Source of the DNA: Cyanophora paradoxa CCMP329
Lineage: Eukaryota; Plantae; Glaucophyta
Direction of reading: 5' to 3'
NCBI GenBank assembly: GCA_004431415.1
Contig: QPMI01000036.1
Location: 124,001-188,000, forward strand
DNA length: 64,000 nt
A model generated the notes under the pieces. That model searched no databases, was not told the origin of the DNA, and saw only the letters and a list, made by a program, of their open reading frames with translations. Within the stretch, counting starts at the first letter, position 1; the number at the start of each line of letters is the position of its first letter. The position numbers and the translations under genes are program-made. Below, piece after piece: positions 37,982 through 50,080 of the stretch.

Positions 37982-40900
37982 TCAGGGGCTCGCGGGCTCG
38001 GGCTGGGGCTCGGGCTCGGGCTCCTCCGCGAGGGGCCCCCCTGCGGGGGTTGCCTCGCCGGAGAAGGAGAGGGCGGCGCCGAGGCCGAGGGAGGAGGCGA
38101 GCACGTCGAGGCGGTTCAGCTCCTCGTCCACGCCGCCGCTCGCCACGCCGGCCGGCCCCGGCACCAGCGCCTCCAGCTCCGCCACGCCCGCCCCGAGCGC
38201 CGCCGTCGCCGACGCGAGCTCCTCCCGCAGCGCCTCCGCCGTCGCCCGCTCCGCCGCCGCGCTCGCCTCCCCCGAGGCCGCCGGCCGCGGCGGGGCGGGG
38301 CGGGAGGGGCGGGAGGGGCCGTGGGGCGAGGCGGGCGGGTCGGCGGCGGCGAGGCGCTGGTTGAGGTCGAGGATCTCGCGGTTGTACATCTCGCGGAACT
38401 GCGCCGCCTCGGCCACCGCGCGCGCCCGGCCCTCCCGCGCCTCGAGCAGCTGCGCCATCAGCTCCTTCCGCGTCGCCTCCAGCGCCGCCGCCGCCGTCGA
38501 GAGCTCCGTCGGCCCCGCCGCCCCCTCCCCCTGCAGCCGCCGCAGCCGCTCCTCCAGCGTCTGCACCTGCGCGGCGCGGAAGGCGCCTCAGCGCGGAGCG
38601 TGCGGGGCGGGGCGGGGCGGGGCGTGTGCGGGCTCGCCTGGGCGGCGTGGTGGGCGCGGAGCTCGGCCATCTGGGCGCGCAGGCCCTCCAGGCTCGCCCC
38701 GGAGGCCCGCAGCTGCTCCTCCGCGTTCTGCGCCTGCCGCCGCGCCGCGTCGCGCTCGCCCCGCGCCTTCACCACCGCCTCCGTCGCCCGCTGCACCTGC
38801 TCGCCGGCGGCTCGGCGCGGGGGCGCGAGGGGCGGGGCGGGGCGGGGCGGGGCGGGCCTCGGCGGTGAGGAGCTCGTGGGAGGAGGTGACCTGCGCCTCG
38901 GCCGCCTCCTTCTCCTCCTGCACGGCCCGCAGCTGCGCCGCCAGCCGCTCCTTCTCCGCCCGCAGCGCCTCCCGCTCCGTCGCCGCCTGCGCCCCCGCCC
39001 CCGCCCGCTCGGCCGGCCGCCCGGCGCGGGCGGGGCGGGGCGGGCGGGCGGGGCACCTGGGCGAGGGAGTCGGCGAGGCGGCGGGCCTCGGCCTCGAGCG
39101 GGGCGCGCTCGGCCGAGGCGCGCATCTCGTGGTCGCCCCGCGCCCGCCGCTCGGACTCGAGCTGGGCCACGGCGGCGGCGGCGGCGTTGCGGGCGAGCGC
39201 GAGCTTGCCCTCGAGCTCCTGGACGGCCCCCGTGAGGACCTCCCGCGCCATCCGCCACTGCGCCGCCTCGCTCTCCCGCTCCGCCACCGCCGCGATCAGC
39301 TGCTGCTGCGTCTCCGCCAGCGCCGACCGCGCCGCCGCCGCCGCCTTCTCCGCCTCGTCGGCGGCGGCGCGGGCGGCGTCGAGGTCGGCGAGGGCGTTGG
39401 CGAAGTCCTGCGCCACGTTCCCCGTCGAGGGCCGCCCCGTCGAGGCCGTCCCCGGCACCGGCAGCGCGGCGAGCTGCTGCCGCAGCGCCTCGATGTCCTC
39501 CAGCGAGCGCGCGATCTCCGCCTGCTTCTCCGCCCGCGCCTTTTCGAGCTCCTCCTTCAGCCGCGCGATGTCCTCCGTCAGCACCTCCCGCACCGCGTTC
39601 CCTGCCGCCCCGTCGGCCCCGACCCCGCACCGCACCCGCCCGGCCCCGCAGGCCCCCGGGGCGCGCACCGTGGACCTGGGCCTCCTCGAGCTTCTCGCGC
39701 GCCTCCCGCTCCTTCGCCTCGAGCTCCGCCACCCGCCGCCCCGACTCCTCCTCCCGCGCCGCCCGCTCCGCAGCCGCCTCCTCCCGCGCCCGCCGCAGCC
39801 GCCTCCTCCCGCGCCCGCCGCAGCGCCTCCTCCGCGCGCGCCGCCCGCTCCTCGGCGTCGGCGCGCAGCTGCTCGGCGGCCCGCACGGCCCCAGAGGCGT
39901 GCTGCGACTCGTCGAGCGCGGCGCGCAGCTGCAGCTGGAGGCCCTCCGTGCGGAGCAGCTCCTCGCGCAGCTGCGCGGCGAGCTCGTCGCCGCGGCGCTT
40001 CTCCGCGCCGGCCTGCACGCCGACGACGTCGGCCTGCACCCGCGCCGCGCGCCCGTCGCCGCGCGCCGCCTCGAGCTCCTCCCGCGCCGCCGCCTCGCGC
40101 AGGGCCGCCTCCGCCGCGCGCTCCTCGGCGCGCCCGAGGGCCTCGGCGCCGCGGGCGCGCTCCTCGTCGAGGGCGCGCTGCGAGGCGGCGAGCAGCTGCT
40201 CGCGCTCGGCGCGCCCGGCGGCGGCGGCCTCGTCGCGCTCGCGCTCGAGGCGGCCGGCGACCTCGCGCAGGGCGGCCGCCTCGCGGGCGGCGGCGTCGCG
40301 CTGGGCGGCGCCGTGGGCGAGGGCGGCGTCGAGGGCGGCGGCGGCGGCCTCGCGCTCCTTGCGGGCCTCGAGGAGCCGCGCGTCCATCTCGTGCAGCTGC
40401 TGCAGCAGCGCCAGCTGCTGCGCCCGGGCCTCCCGCGCGCCCGGTCCGCCTCCTCCAGCGCCCGCGACGCCCGCTCCCGCGCCCGGTCCCGCTCCTCCGC
40501 CAGCCCCTGCGCCTGCGCCTCCAGCTCCCGCGCCCTGCCCCGCCTCAGCCCCGCCCCGCCCCGCCGCGCAGCGCGAGGCGACCGCGCGCACCGGATGGCG
40601 GCGGCGGAGGCCTCCGCGGCGCGGGCCTGCTGCTCGGCGCGCAGCTCGCCTCGAGGCTGGCGGCGGTCTGCCGCAGGCCCTCCGCCCGCTCCTCCAGCCC
40701 CCGCACGATCTCCGCCGCCGCCCCCTTCTCTTCTACCAGCTGCGCCCGCCGGCGTAAGCGCCGGCGGCGGTCCGGTGCGGGCCGGGCAGGGCGGGGCCAA
40801 CGCACGAGGGCGACCTGGGCCTCAAGGGCGGCGGCACGGGCGCGCTCGGCGGCGGCGGCCTCGGCGGCCTCGGCGACGCGCGCGGTGGCCTCGGCGGCGG

Positions 40901-43514
40901 CCTCGACGGCGGCCTGCACCTCGGCCTGCGCCTCCGCCACGCGCTCCTTGGCGGCCAGCAGCTCGCCCTCCACCCGCTCCGCCTCCTTCCGCTCCCGCCG
41001 CGCCGCCGCCTGCGCGGCGGCGGCCTCCCGCTGGAGCTCGGCGACGCGGGCGCGCTCGGCGGCGGCCGACTGCTGCTCGATGGCGAGGGCGTTCTCGAGG
41101 GCCTCGGCCTTGGAGGCCGACTCGGCGGCGGCGACCTCCGCCGAGCGGACCTGCGCCCGCAGCGACTCCGCCTCGAGCGAGAGCCGCGCCGCCGCCTCCA
41201 CCGAGTCCCGCCCCTGGGCGGCGGCGGCCTCGGCGGCGGCGAGCTGTTCGCGGAGGGCGGCCTCCTGGGCGGCGGCGGCGGCCTGCGCGGCCTCGACCTC
41301 GGCGGCGAGGGCCGCGTTGCGCCGCCCCGCCTCGTCCAGCATCCCCGCGCCTCCCCAGCGACGCCTCCGCCGCCGCACGCTCTCCCGCGCCGCCTTCAGC
41401 TCCCCTCCGCCGTCGCGGCGCGGCGCTCGGCGGCGATGAGCTGCTCGTGGGCGCGGGCCGCCTCGGCGCGGGCGGCGTCGGCGGTGGCGCGGGCCTCCCC
41501 GAGGAGGGCGCCCTGGGTGCCCTGGGCGTCGCCCCAGGCGTCCGTCACGCGGTTGAGGGCCGCCGTGACGTTCTCCACCTGGGCCGTCAGCTCCGCCACG
41601 TGCGCCTCCGCCCCCTCCAGCTTGTTCTCCAGCGACGCCGCCCGCGCGCTCTCCGCCTTGAGCGCCGCGTCGAGCCGCTTCCTCTCCTCCGCCAGGCTGT
41701 CCCGCTCCTGCTGCAGCTGCCGCCGCTCCTCCTGCGCCGCCCAACCGTCGGCGCGGGGGCGGGGGAGAGGGGGCGCGGGGGCGGGGGGCGGGGACCTGGA
41801 CGAGGGTGAGCTGGCCGCGCAGCTCGCCCTCGGCGATGGCGTGCTGCGCCGCCGCGTCCCCGTGGCTCTCCTCCACCGACCGCAGCGTCGCCGCCAGCGA
41901 CTCGGCCCGCGCGTGCTCCTGCTGCGCCTCCTCGCGCGCCGCCCGCAGCGCCGACTCGAGGCCCTGCTCCTGCACGGCCCGCAGCTCGAGCTGCAGCCGC
42001 TCCGCCTCGGCCTGCAGGCCGCTGCGCTCCGCGGCGAGGCGGCGGCGCTCCTCCTGCACGGCCGCGAGCTGGGCCCGGAGCTCGCCCTCGGCGGCGCCCC
42101 AGCGCTGCTTGCTCTCCTTGTAGCCGGCCTCGAGCGAGGCGATCGTCCCCGCGAGGCTCTCGTTGCGGCAGTTCGCCTCCACGAGCTGCTCCCGCGTCGA
42201 CTGGAGGAGGTACTCGAGGCCCTTCTCGTGCTCCGCCTTGAGCTCGTCCTCCAGGCCCCGCACGCGCTCCCGCAGCGCTGCCGCCTCGCGCTCGCGCGCC
42301 TCGGCCGCCTCGCGCAGCGCCGCCTCGGCCTGGGCGAAGCCGCCGGCCTTGAGCAGCGAGCGCGCCTCCTCCACGCGCTGGTCCGCCGCCCGCGCCCGCT
42401 CCTCAAGCTCCGCCCCGCGCCGCTCCGCCTCCTCCGCCCGCTTCCGCTCCGCCTCCCGCTCCCCGCGCGCAGCTTCTGCCTCGGCGCGCGCCGCCTCCGC
42501 CTCGGCACGGGCGGCCTGCGTCTCCCCGCGGGCCGCCTCGGCCTCGCCGCGCGCCGCCTCGGCCTCGGCGCGGGCGGCGGCGGCGGCGTCGGCGCGGGCG
42601 GCGAGCTCGGCGTCGCGGGCGGCGGCCTCGTCGGCGCGGGCGGCGAGGTCGGCGTCGCGCTCGGCGAGGGCGTCGGTGAGGGCGGCGAGCTGCTGCCCGA
42701 GCTCCTCGGCGAGGCGCCCGTGGCCCTCCGTCTCCCCGCGCAGCCGCTCCAGCACCGCCTCCCCCCGCGCCGCCTCCTCCCGCACCCGCCCCGCCTCCGC
42801 CCGCTCCCGCTCCACCTCGCCCCGCGCCGCCTCCAGCGCCGCCCCCGCCGCCTCGGCGCGCTCGCGCTCGGCGGCGGCGGCGGCCTCGGCGGCCTCGGCG
42901 CGCTCGGCAAGGTGCTGCGCCTCGACGCCCGTCACGAGCTCCGCGAGCGCCCCGTGCAGCGACTGCTTCCGCCGCGCAGCGTCCACCTCCCGCGCGCCGC
43001 CTCCAGCTCCCCGCGGCACGCCTCCAGCTCCGCCCCCGCCGCCGCCAGCTCCCGCTCCAGCGCCGCGGCGCGGGCCTGCAGCGCCTCGACCTCCTCGGGC
43101 GTCGCGGCCGGGGCCGGGGCCGGGGCCGGGGCCGGGGCCGGGGCCTCGGCGGCCATTGCCGCCTCGAGGCGCGCCTGCAGCGCCGCCACCTCGCGCTCCA
43201 GCGCCGCCGCCCGCTCCCGCTCCGCCCCGGCCTCGGCGGCGGCCTCGGCGGCGGCCTCGGCGGCGGCGTCGGGGGCGTGGGAGGCGGCGGCGGCCTCGCG
43301 GCGCTCGAGGGCGGCGAGCTGCTGGCGGAGGTGGGCGGCCTCCGCGAGGGCGGCCCGCAGCTGCTCCTCGAGCGCCGCGTCCGGCGTCCCCGCGCCGCCT
43401 CCACCGCCCGCCGCACCTCCTCCTCCGCCGCCGACGCCGCCCGCGAGGCCGCCCGCAGCGCCCCAACGGCCCCCGCCGCCTCGTCCACCGAGGGCGTCGC
43501 CGAGGCGGAGGCGC

Positions 43515-43545
<31 letters not shown>

Positions 43546-46500
43546 GCGGGCGTCGACGAGCTCGGCGGCGAGGGCCTCCATGCGGGCCATCAGCGCCCGC
43601 AGGCCCGCCTTGAGGCGCCGGTTCTCCTCGAGGACCTCCCCGAGGCGCGCCCCCGCCACCTCCGTCTCCGCCGCCGCCACCGCCGTCGCGATCGCCGCCT
43701 GCAGCTCCCCGTGCACCGACTGCTCCAGCACCGCCGACGGCGTCCCCGTCGCCCGCTCCAGCTCCGCACGCAGCCGCTCCGCCGCCGCCTCCGCGTCCGC
43801 CGCCGCCGCGCGCGCCGCGGCGAGCTCCGCCTGCAGCGCCGTGACCTCGCGCTCCAGCGCCCCCGCGCGCGCCCTCAGCGCCCCCGCCTCCTCCGCCCAC
43901 GCCCCGGGCGCCTCGGCCGGCGGGGCCGGGGCCGGGGCCACGGCAGGCGGCTCGGGGTCGTCGGCGGCGCGGGCGGCCTCGATCTGCGCCCGCAGCGCGG
44001 CGATCTCCCGCTCGAGCACAGCCGCCCGCTCCCGCGCGGCCTCCTCCTCCGCCCCCGCACCCTCGCCTGCCGCCGCCGCCGCCGCCTCGGGCGGGGGCGC
44101 TGACTGCAGGCCGGCCTCCTCCTCCGGGGCCTCCATGGCGGGCGGCTCGGGGGCCGGGGCCTCGGCGGGGGCGGCGGCCTTGAGCGCCGCGTGGGCCTCC
44201 GCGAGCATCCCCTTCAGCGCCCCGTTCTCCTCGCGCAGCGCCGCCACCTCCGCCTCCAGCGCCGCCTGGCGCCCCTCGGGGGCCCCTCCGGCCCCCCGCG
44301 CCGGCCGGCCGGGCGGCGAGCTCCTGCTGGGCGGCCGCGAGCTCGGCGCGCGCGGCCGCGAGCTCGGCCTCGAGCGCGCCGGCGCGCGCTGCGTGCTCGT
44401 GGAGGGCGGGGGCCTCGTGCGCGGCGGTCTCCTGCGTGGCGGGGCGGGAGAGTTGGCTCTTGAGGGCGACGTTCTCCTGCTGGAGGTACTCGGCGAGGTC
44501 CTTCAGCGACGCCACGTCCTCCGCCGCCCGCTGCGCCGCCGCCCGCGCCGCCTCCGCCGCCTCCCGCGCCGCCGCCAGCGCCTTCGCCTCCTCCGCCGCC
44601 GCCCGCACCGCCTCGAGCTCCGACTTGAGGCGCGCCATGTTCTCCCGCAGCACGGCGGCCTGCTCCTCGTCAACCGGCGGCGCCGGATGCGAGGCCGCCG
44701 GCTGCGAGACCGCCGCCGCGCGCGCCGCCTCAAGGTCCGCCCGCAGGAGCGTCACCTCGATTTCCAGAGCGCTCGCCCGCACTTTGTGCGCCGCCGCCGA
44801 CGAGCCCGCCTCCGACCCCGCATCAGCCTCATCCCCATGCGCACCCTTCCCGCCGTCCGCTTCCGCCCTTGCGGCCTCGAGCTCCGATTTCGCGGCCTCC
44901 AGCTCCGCCTTGAGCGACTCGACCTCCTTCTCGAGCGCGGCCGCGCGCTCCTTGGCGGCCGTTGCGTCCTCAGACGCCTCCGCCGCCACCGCCGCGGGCT
45001 CTGCAGGCGCCGCCTCGGCCGGCGCAGCCGATTTCGCGGCCTCGAGCTCCGATTTCGCGGCCTCGAGCTCCGATTTCGCGGCCTCCAGCTCCGCCTTGAG
45101 CGACTCGACCTCCTTCTCGAGGGCGGCCGCGCGCTCCTTGGCGGCCGTTGCGTCCTCAGACGCCTCCGCCGCCGCCGCCGCGGGCTCTGCAGGCGCCGCC
45201 TCGGCCGGCGCAGCCGATTTCGCGGCCTCGAGCTCCGATTTCGCGGCCTCGAGCTCCGATTTCGCGGCCTCCAGCTCCGCCTTGAGCGACTCGACCTCCT
45301 TCTCGAGGGCGGCCGCGCGCTCCTTGGCGGCCTTTGCGTCCTCAGACGCCTCCGCCGCCGCCGCCGCGGGCTCTGCAGGCGCCGCCTCGGCCGGCGCAGC
45401 CGATTTTGCGGCCTCGAGCTCCGATTTCGCGGCCTCGAGCTCCGATTTCGCGGCCTCCAGCTCCGCCTTGAGCGACTCGACCTCCTTCTCGAGGGCGGCC
45501 GCGCGCTCCTTGGCGGCCGTTGCGTCCTCAGACGCCTCCGCCGCCGCCGCCGCGGGCTCTGCAGGCGCCGCCTCGGCCGGCGCAGCCGATTTCGCGGCCT
45601 CGAGCTCCGATTTCGCGGCCTCCAGCTCCGCCTTGAGCGACTCGACCTCCTTCTCGAGGGCGGCCGCGCGCTCCTTGGCGGCCGTTGCGTCCTCAGACGC
45701 CTCCGCCGCCGCCGCCGCGGGCTCTGCAGGCGCCGCCTCGGCCGGCGCAGCCGATTTCGCGGCCTCGAGCTCCGATTTCGCGGCCTCCAGCTCCGCCTTG
45801 AGCGACTCGACCTCCTTCTCGAGGGCGGCCGCGCGCTCCTTGGCGGCCGTTGCGTCCTCAGACGCCTCCGCCGCCGCCGCCGCGGGCTCTGCAGGCGCCG
45901 CCTCGGCCGGCGCAGCCGATTTTGCGGCCTCGAGCTCCGATTTCGCGGCCTCGAGCTCCGATTTCGCGGCCTCCAGCTCCGCCTTGAGCGACTCGACCTC
46001 CTTCTCGAGGGCGGCCGCGCGCTCCTTGGCGGCCGTTGCGTCCTCAGACGCCTCCGCCGCCGCCGCCGCGGGCTCTGCAGGCGCCGCCTCGGCCGGCGCA
46101 GCCGATTTTGCGGCCTCGAGCTCCGATTTCGCGGCATCCAGCTCCGATTTCGCGGCCTCCAGCTCCGCCTTGAGCGACTCGACCTCCTTCTCGAGGGCGG
46201 CCGCGCGCTCCTTGGCGGCCGTTGCGTCCTCAGACGCCTCCGCCGCCGCCGCCGCGGGCTCTGCAGGCGCCGCCTCGGCCGGCGCAGCCGATTTTGCGGC
46301 CTCGAGCTCCGATTTCGCGGCCTCGAGCTCCGATTTCGCGGCCTCCAGCTCCGCCTTGAGCGACTCGACCTCCTTCTCGACCTCCTTCTCGAGGGCGGCC
46401 GCGCGCTCCTTGGCGGCCGTTGCGTCCTCCGACGCCTCCGCCGCCGCCGCCGCGGGCTCTGCAGGCTCCGCCTCGGCGGGGGCGTCAGGCTGGTCGGCTG

Positions 46501-49500
46501 GCTCCTCGGCGGCGGGGGCGGGGCGGGCGGCGTGCTCCTCCTCGAGGCGCTCCTCGAGGCGCTCCTTGTCGGCGGTGAGGCCCTCGACCTGCTGCTCGAG
46601 GAACTGCACCCGCTCCGCCAGCTCCCGCTTCTCCTCGTCCGCCCCCGCCTCCCCCGGCGGCGCCGACTGCAGGCCCGCCTCCGCCTCGACCGCCTCGGCG
46701 GCCGGCGCCTCCTCCTTGGGGGCGGGCGGGGAGGCGCGGGCGTCGGCGAGCTCGGCCCGGAGCGCCGCGTTCTCCGCCTCGAGGGCCGCCACCCGCTCCT
46801 TCAGCGCCGCCAGCTCCTCCGGCGCCCCCGTCCCCGCCTCGCCCGCCGCTTCCGCCTCCCCCGTGGCGGGCCCCGCCGCCCGCGCCGCCTCGAGCTCGGC
46901 CCGCACGGACGCGAGCTCCTCCTCGAGGGCCTCGGCGCGGGCGGCCCGCTCCTTGAGCGCGGCGGCCTCGGGGTCCTCGGGCGGGCGGGGGCGGCGGGGG
47001 AGGCGGCGGCGGAGCGGGCCTTGGCGCGGGCCTCGGCCTCGGCGGCGCGGGCGTCGGCGGCGTCGGCGCGGGCCTCCTGGAGGCGCTCCTCGAGCTTCTC
47101 GTTCTCCGCCTGCAGCGCCTCCACCTCCTTCTCCAGCACCTCCACCCGCTCCCGCAGCGTCGCCGCGTCCTCCTCCCCGGGCCCCTCCTCCCCCGCCCCC
47201 GCCTTCTCCTCCTCGCCCGCCGGCGCAGGCGCCGGCGCCGGCGCTGCAGTCGACACCGCCGCCTTCGCCGCCTCCAGCTCGGCCTTGGCGGCCTCCAGCT
47301 CGGCCTTCGCCGCCGCGAGCTCCTTCTCGAGGGCCTCCGCGCGCTCCGCCCGCGCCCTCAGCGCCTCTGCCGCCTCTGCCGCCGCCTCGGCTGGGGCCGC
47401 CTCGGGGGCGGCGCCCTCGTCGGCGGGCTTGGCGGCGGCGTCGGCGGCGGCCCTGGCGGCGTCGAGGTCGGCGCGGAGGGCGGCGGCCTCGGCGGCGGCG
47501 GCGGCGGCGGCGGCCTCCTTCTCGGCGCGGGCGGCGTCGGCGCGGGCGAGGGCCTCGGCGAGGCGCCGCTCGTCCTCCGCGCGCCCCGCCTGCAGCTCCG
47601 CCAGCTGCTCCCGCAGCGCCGCGAGCTCCGCCGCCGCGTCCGCCGCGAGGGCCGAGGGGGCCCGCGAGGAGGAGTCCCTCTCGCGGGTGGCGGGGCGGGA
47701 GCCCTCCTGAGACTGCGTGGGGGAGCCGCCGGGGACGGGCTGCGCGGCGAGCGCCGCCTCGAGCCGCTCCTCGAGGGCGTCGCGGTCGGCCTTGAGGGCC
47801 GCCAGCTCGCCCGCCAGCTGCTTGGCCGACGCCAGCGCCGCCCCCTGCTCCCGCACCGCCTCCGCCAGCTGGGCGCGGAGCTCGGCGGCGGCGGCCTCGG
47901 CGGCGCGGGCGCGGTCGCCGGCCTCGGTGATGGCCATCTGGAACTCGTCGGCGCGGCGCCGCTCGGCCGCCAGCTCCCCGTGCGCCTTCGACTCCGCCAC
48001 CTTCCACTCGCTCTCCATCTCCTCCGCCCGCTGCTTCGCCTCCTGCGCCCCCCGCTCGCCCCCCGCGCTCTCTCGGGGGCGGGCGGGCCGGCGTGGGCGC
48101 ACGGCGAGGGCGCGTTCGAGGGCCGCCCGGTCCGAGTGCGTGTCCCGCGCCTTCGCCTCCTCCGCGGCCGCTTTCGCCGCCCCCATCTCCTTCTCCAGCT
48201 CCCCGATCTGTCCCCGGCCGCCCGGCCCCGCTCGGCCCGCCGTGCGAGGAGGCGCGTGCCGGGGGCCGGGGCCGGGGGCCGGACCTTGGCGGCGAGGGCG
48301 CGGCGCTGGGCGGTGGCGGCCTCCTCCGCGGCGGAGCGCTCGTCGGCGGCGGCGGCGAGCTGCGCGCGGAGCTCCTTGACCTCCTTGGCGAGGACCTGCT
48401 TGTCGGCCTTGAGGCGCGAGAGGACCTTCTCCTTGTACGCCTTCGCCTCCGCGAGGTCCCGCTCGAGGCCCTCGACCCTGCCCAGCACCGCCACCTTCTC
48501 CGCCTCCATCTGCTTGATCTTCTCCGCCAGCGCCCCGCTCTCCTTCCGCAGCGCCGTCCGCTCCCCGTCGAACGCCGCCGCCTGCTCGTGCTTCTCCTGC
48601 TCCAGCACCGCCAGCTGCCGCCCCCGCGCTCGGCCCCGCCCCGCCCCGCGCCGCGCCGCCGGGCCGGGGCGGCGGCACCTGGTTCTTGAACTCCTTGGCC
48701 TGCTTGAGGACGGCGATCTTGTCTCGCTTGGCCTGCTCGATGACGGCGTGCTTGCCCTCCCGCGCGTGCGCCGCCTGCTCCTCCAGATCCTTCATCTCCG
48801 CCCGCAGCGCCGCCACCTCCACCTTGTACTGGCCCAGCTGCCCCGCCCCTCAGCCACCGCCCCGCCCTCGCCCCGCCCGGAGGGCCACACCTGCTGGCGC
48901 AGGCTCCCTAGCTCGTCGTTGGCCTGGTGCTTCTCCCGCCGCGCCTCCCCGAGGACGGCCTGCGAGCCCCCGGTCGGCCGCCGCCAGGGCCCGGCCGCGG
49001 CGCCCCCGCACCTGCAGGCTCGAGAGCTCCCGCAGGATCTGCTGCTGCGGCGCCCCGCCCTCCTCCGCAGGCGCCCCGTCCGCCGCCCCGCTCGAAGAGC
49101 CCCCTTTCACGCTTGCGACGCGCTTCCGGGGCCCCGCGGCGCCAGGCGGCGACGCCGGCTTGTGTCCTGTTGGCGGCGTGGGGATGCGGGCGGCGCCCCG
49201 CGGGTCCGGCTCATCGCCCTCTGAATGCGGCCACGCCGGCCGCGGCTGCGGCAGCGTCCCGGTCCCCGATCTATCGCCCCGCTCGCTGAGCGCCTGTGTC
49301 TGAAGGGCGTTGGTGTCTCCCGATGCCGAAGACGCCCTCGCCGTTAGCCGAGTGGTTGCTGCGCAGCGCGTGAGCGCTATGCGACGCCTCATGACACCGC
49401 CGAAGGCCAACCTTCGTAGTCGTCTGCATCGCCCGAGCGCGCCGTCGCAGCTCCGCCCTCGAGCTTGGGCAGGGAGACTGCTGTGGCTGCAGGAAGCTTC

Positions 49501-49761
49501 GGCGGGCGCGGCGGCGGCTTAGGCTTCGTCGGCTCTGGTGCAACCGGCTGCCGCCCGGGGACTGTGGGAAGCCGCGCGGGGGACTTGTCCCGCTCGGGCG
49601 CCTGCAAGCACGTGAGTCGTCATCGACATGACTATGCGGCTGTGGCCGCAGACCTCGCGGCGCTTCTTCGTGTCCGCCGGCTTCGCAGCGCCGATCAGCT
49701 GCCGGGGCGAGTGAGTCAGCGCATAGAGAACGAGCAAGTCTCGCCCGGTCGCTCGCACCAT
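37982..49761 (-). CDS. Giant Ala/Glu-rich coiled-coil protein (roughly 3000 aa) with internal tandem repeats
   Basis: Continuous heptad-like A/E/L/R-rich frames linked by GT/GC-AG introns. The first coding exon appears to be ATG only (49759-49761). Several unexplained frameshifts fall in G/C runs. Confidence 0.75.
44871..46470 (-). repeat. Coding tandem repeat: 9 units of 186/165 bp (62/55 aa)
   Basis: Unit SAAPAEAAPAEPAAAAAEASEDATAAKERAAALEKEVESLKAELEAAK(SELEAAK)1-2. Anchor spacings are 186, 186, 186, 165, 165, 186, 186 and 198. Confidence 0.95.
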
Positions 49762-50080
49762 CCTGCCAGCCTCTGGAGGGGCCCACTAACAGGGCCGCTT
49801 TTGGCTTGCGATTCGATTGTACCCCGGCCGCGTAAGCACCCCCTCAGGCCACGAAGCAGAAGTAGAGAGTTCAGGCGGGCCGAAACGTCGGAGCAGTCGC
49901 GCCGGCGCTCCCCCCTCGCGCCTTGAGCAGTACCAGCCCTCCCCTCTTCGTCTGGCCTACCTCCTCCGGAACTTGTGGTCCGCGTCCTCCCGAGTTCAGA
50001 AACCGGTGTGGGGCAGCTGCGTAGCAGACCACTCCTGAATCGACGTACAAGCCACGTAGTACATCAGCTTTGACCATGAT

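Noticed and set aside
39780-47000. Multiple frameshifts in the coiled-coil gene (~39800, 40435, 41410, 42985, 43392, 44290, 46985; also ~19790 and ~61697) as programmed frameshifting or pseudogenisation
   Set aside because: They fall in G/C runs or short repeats without slippery motifs. Long-read consensus indels are more likely. Needs read-level checking.
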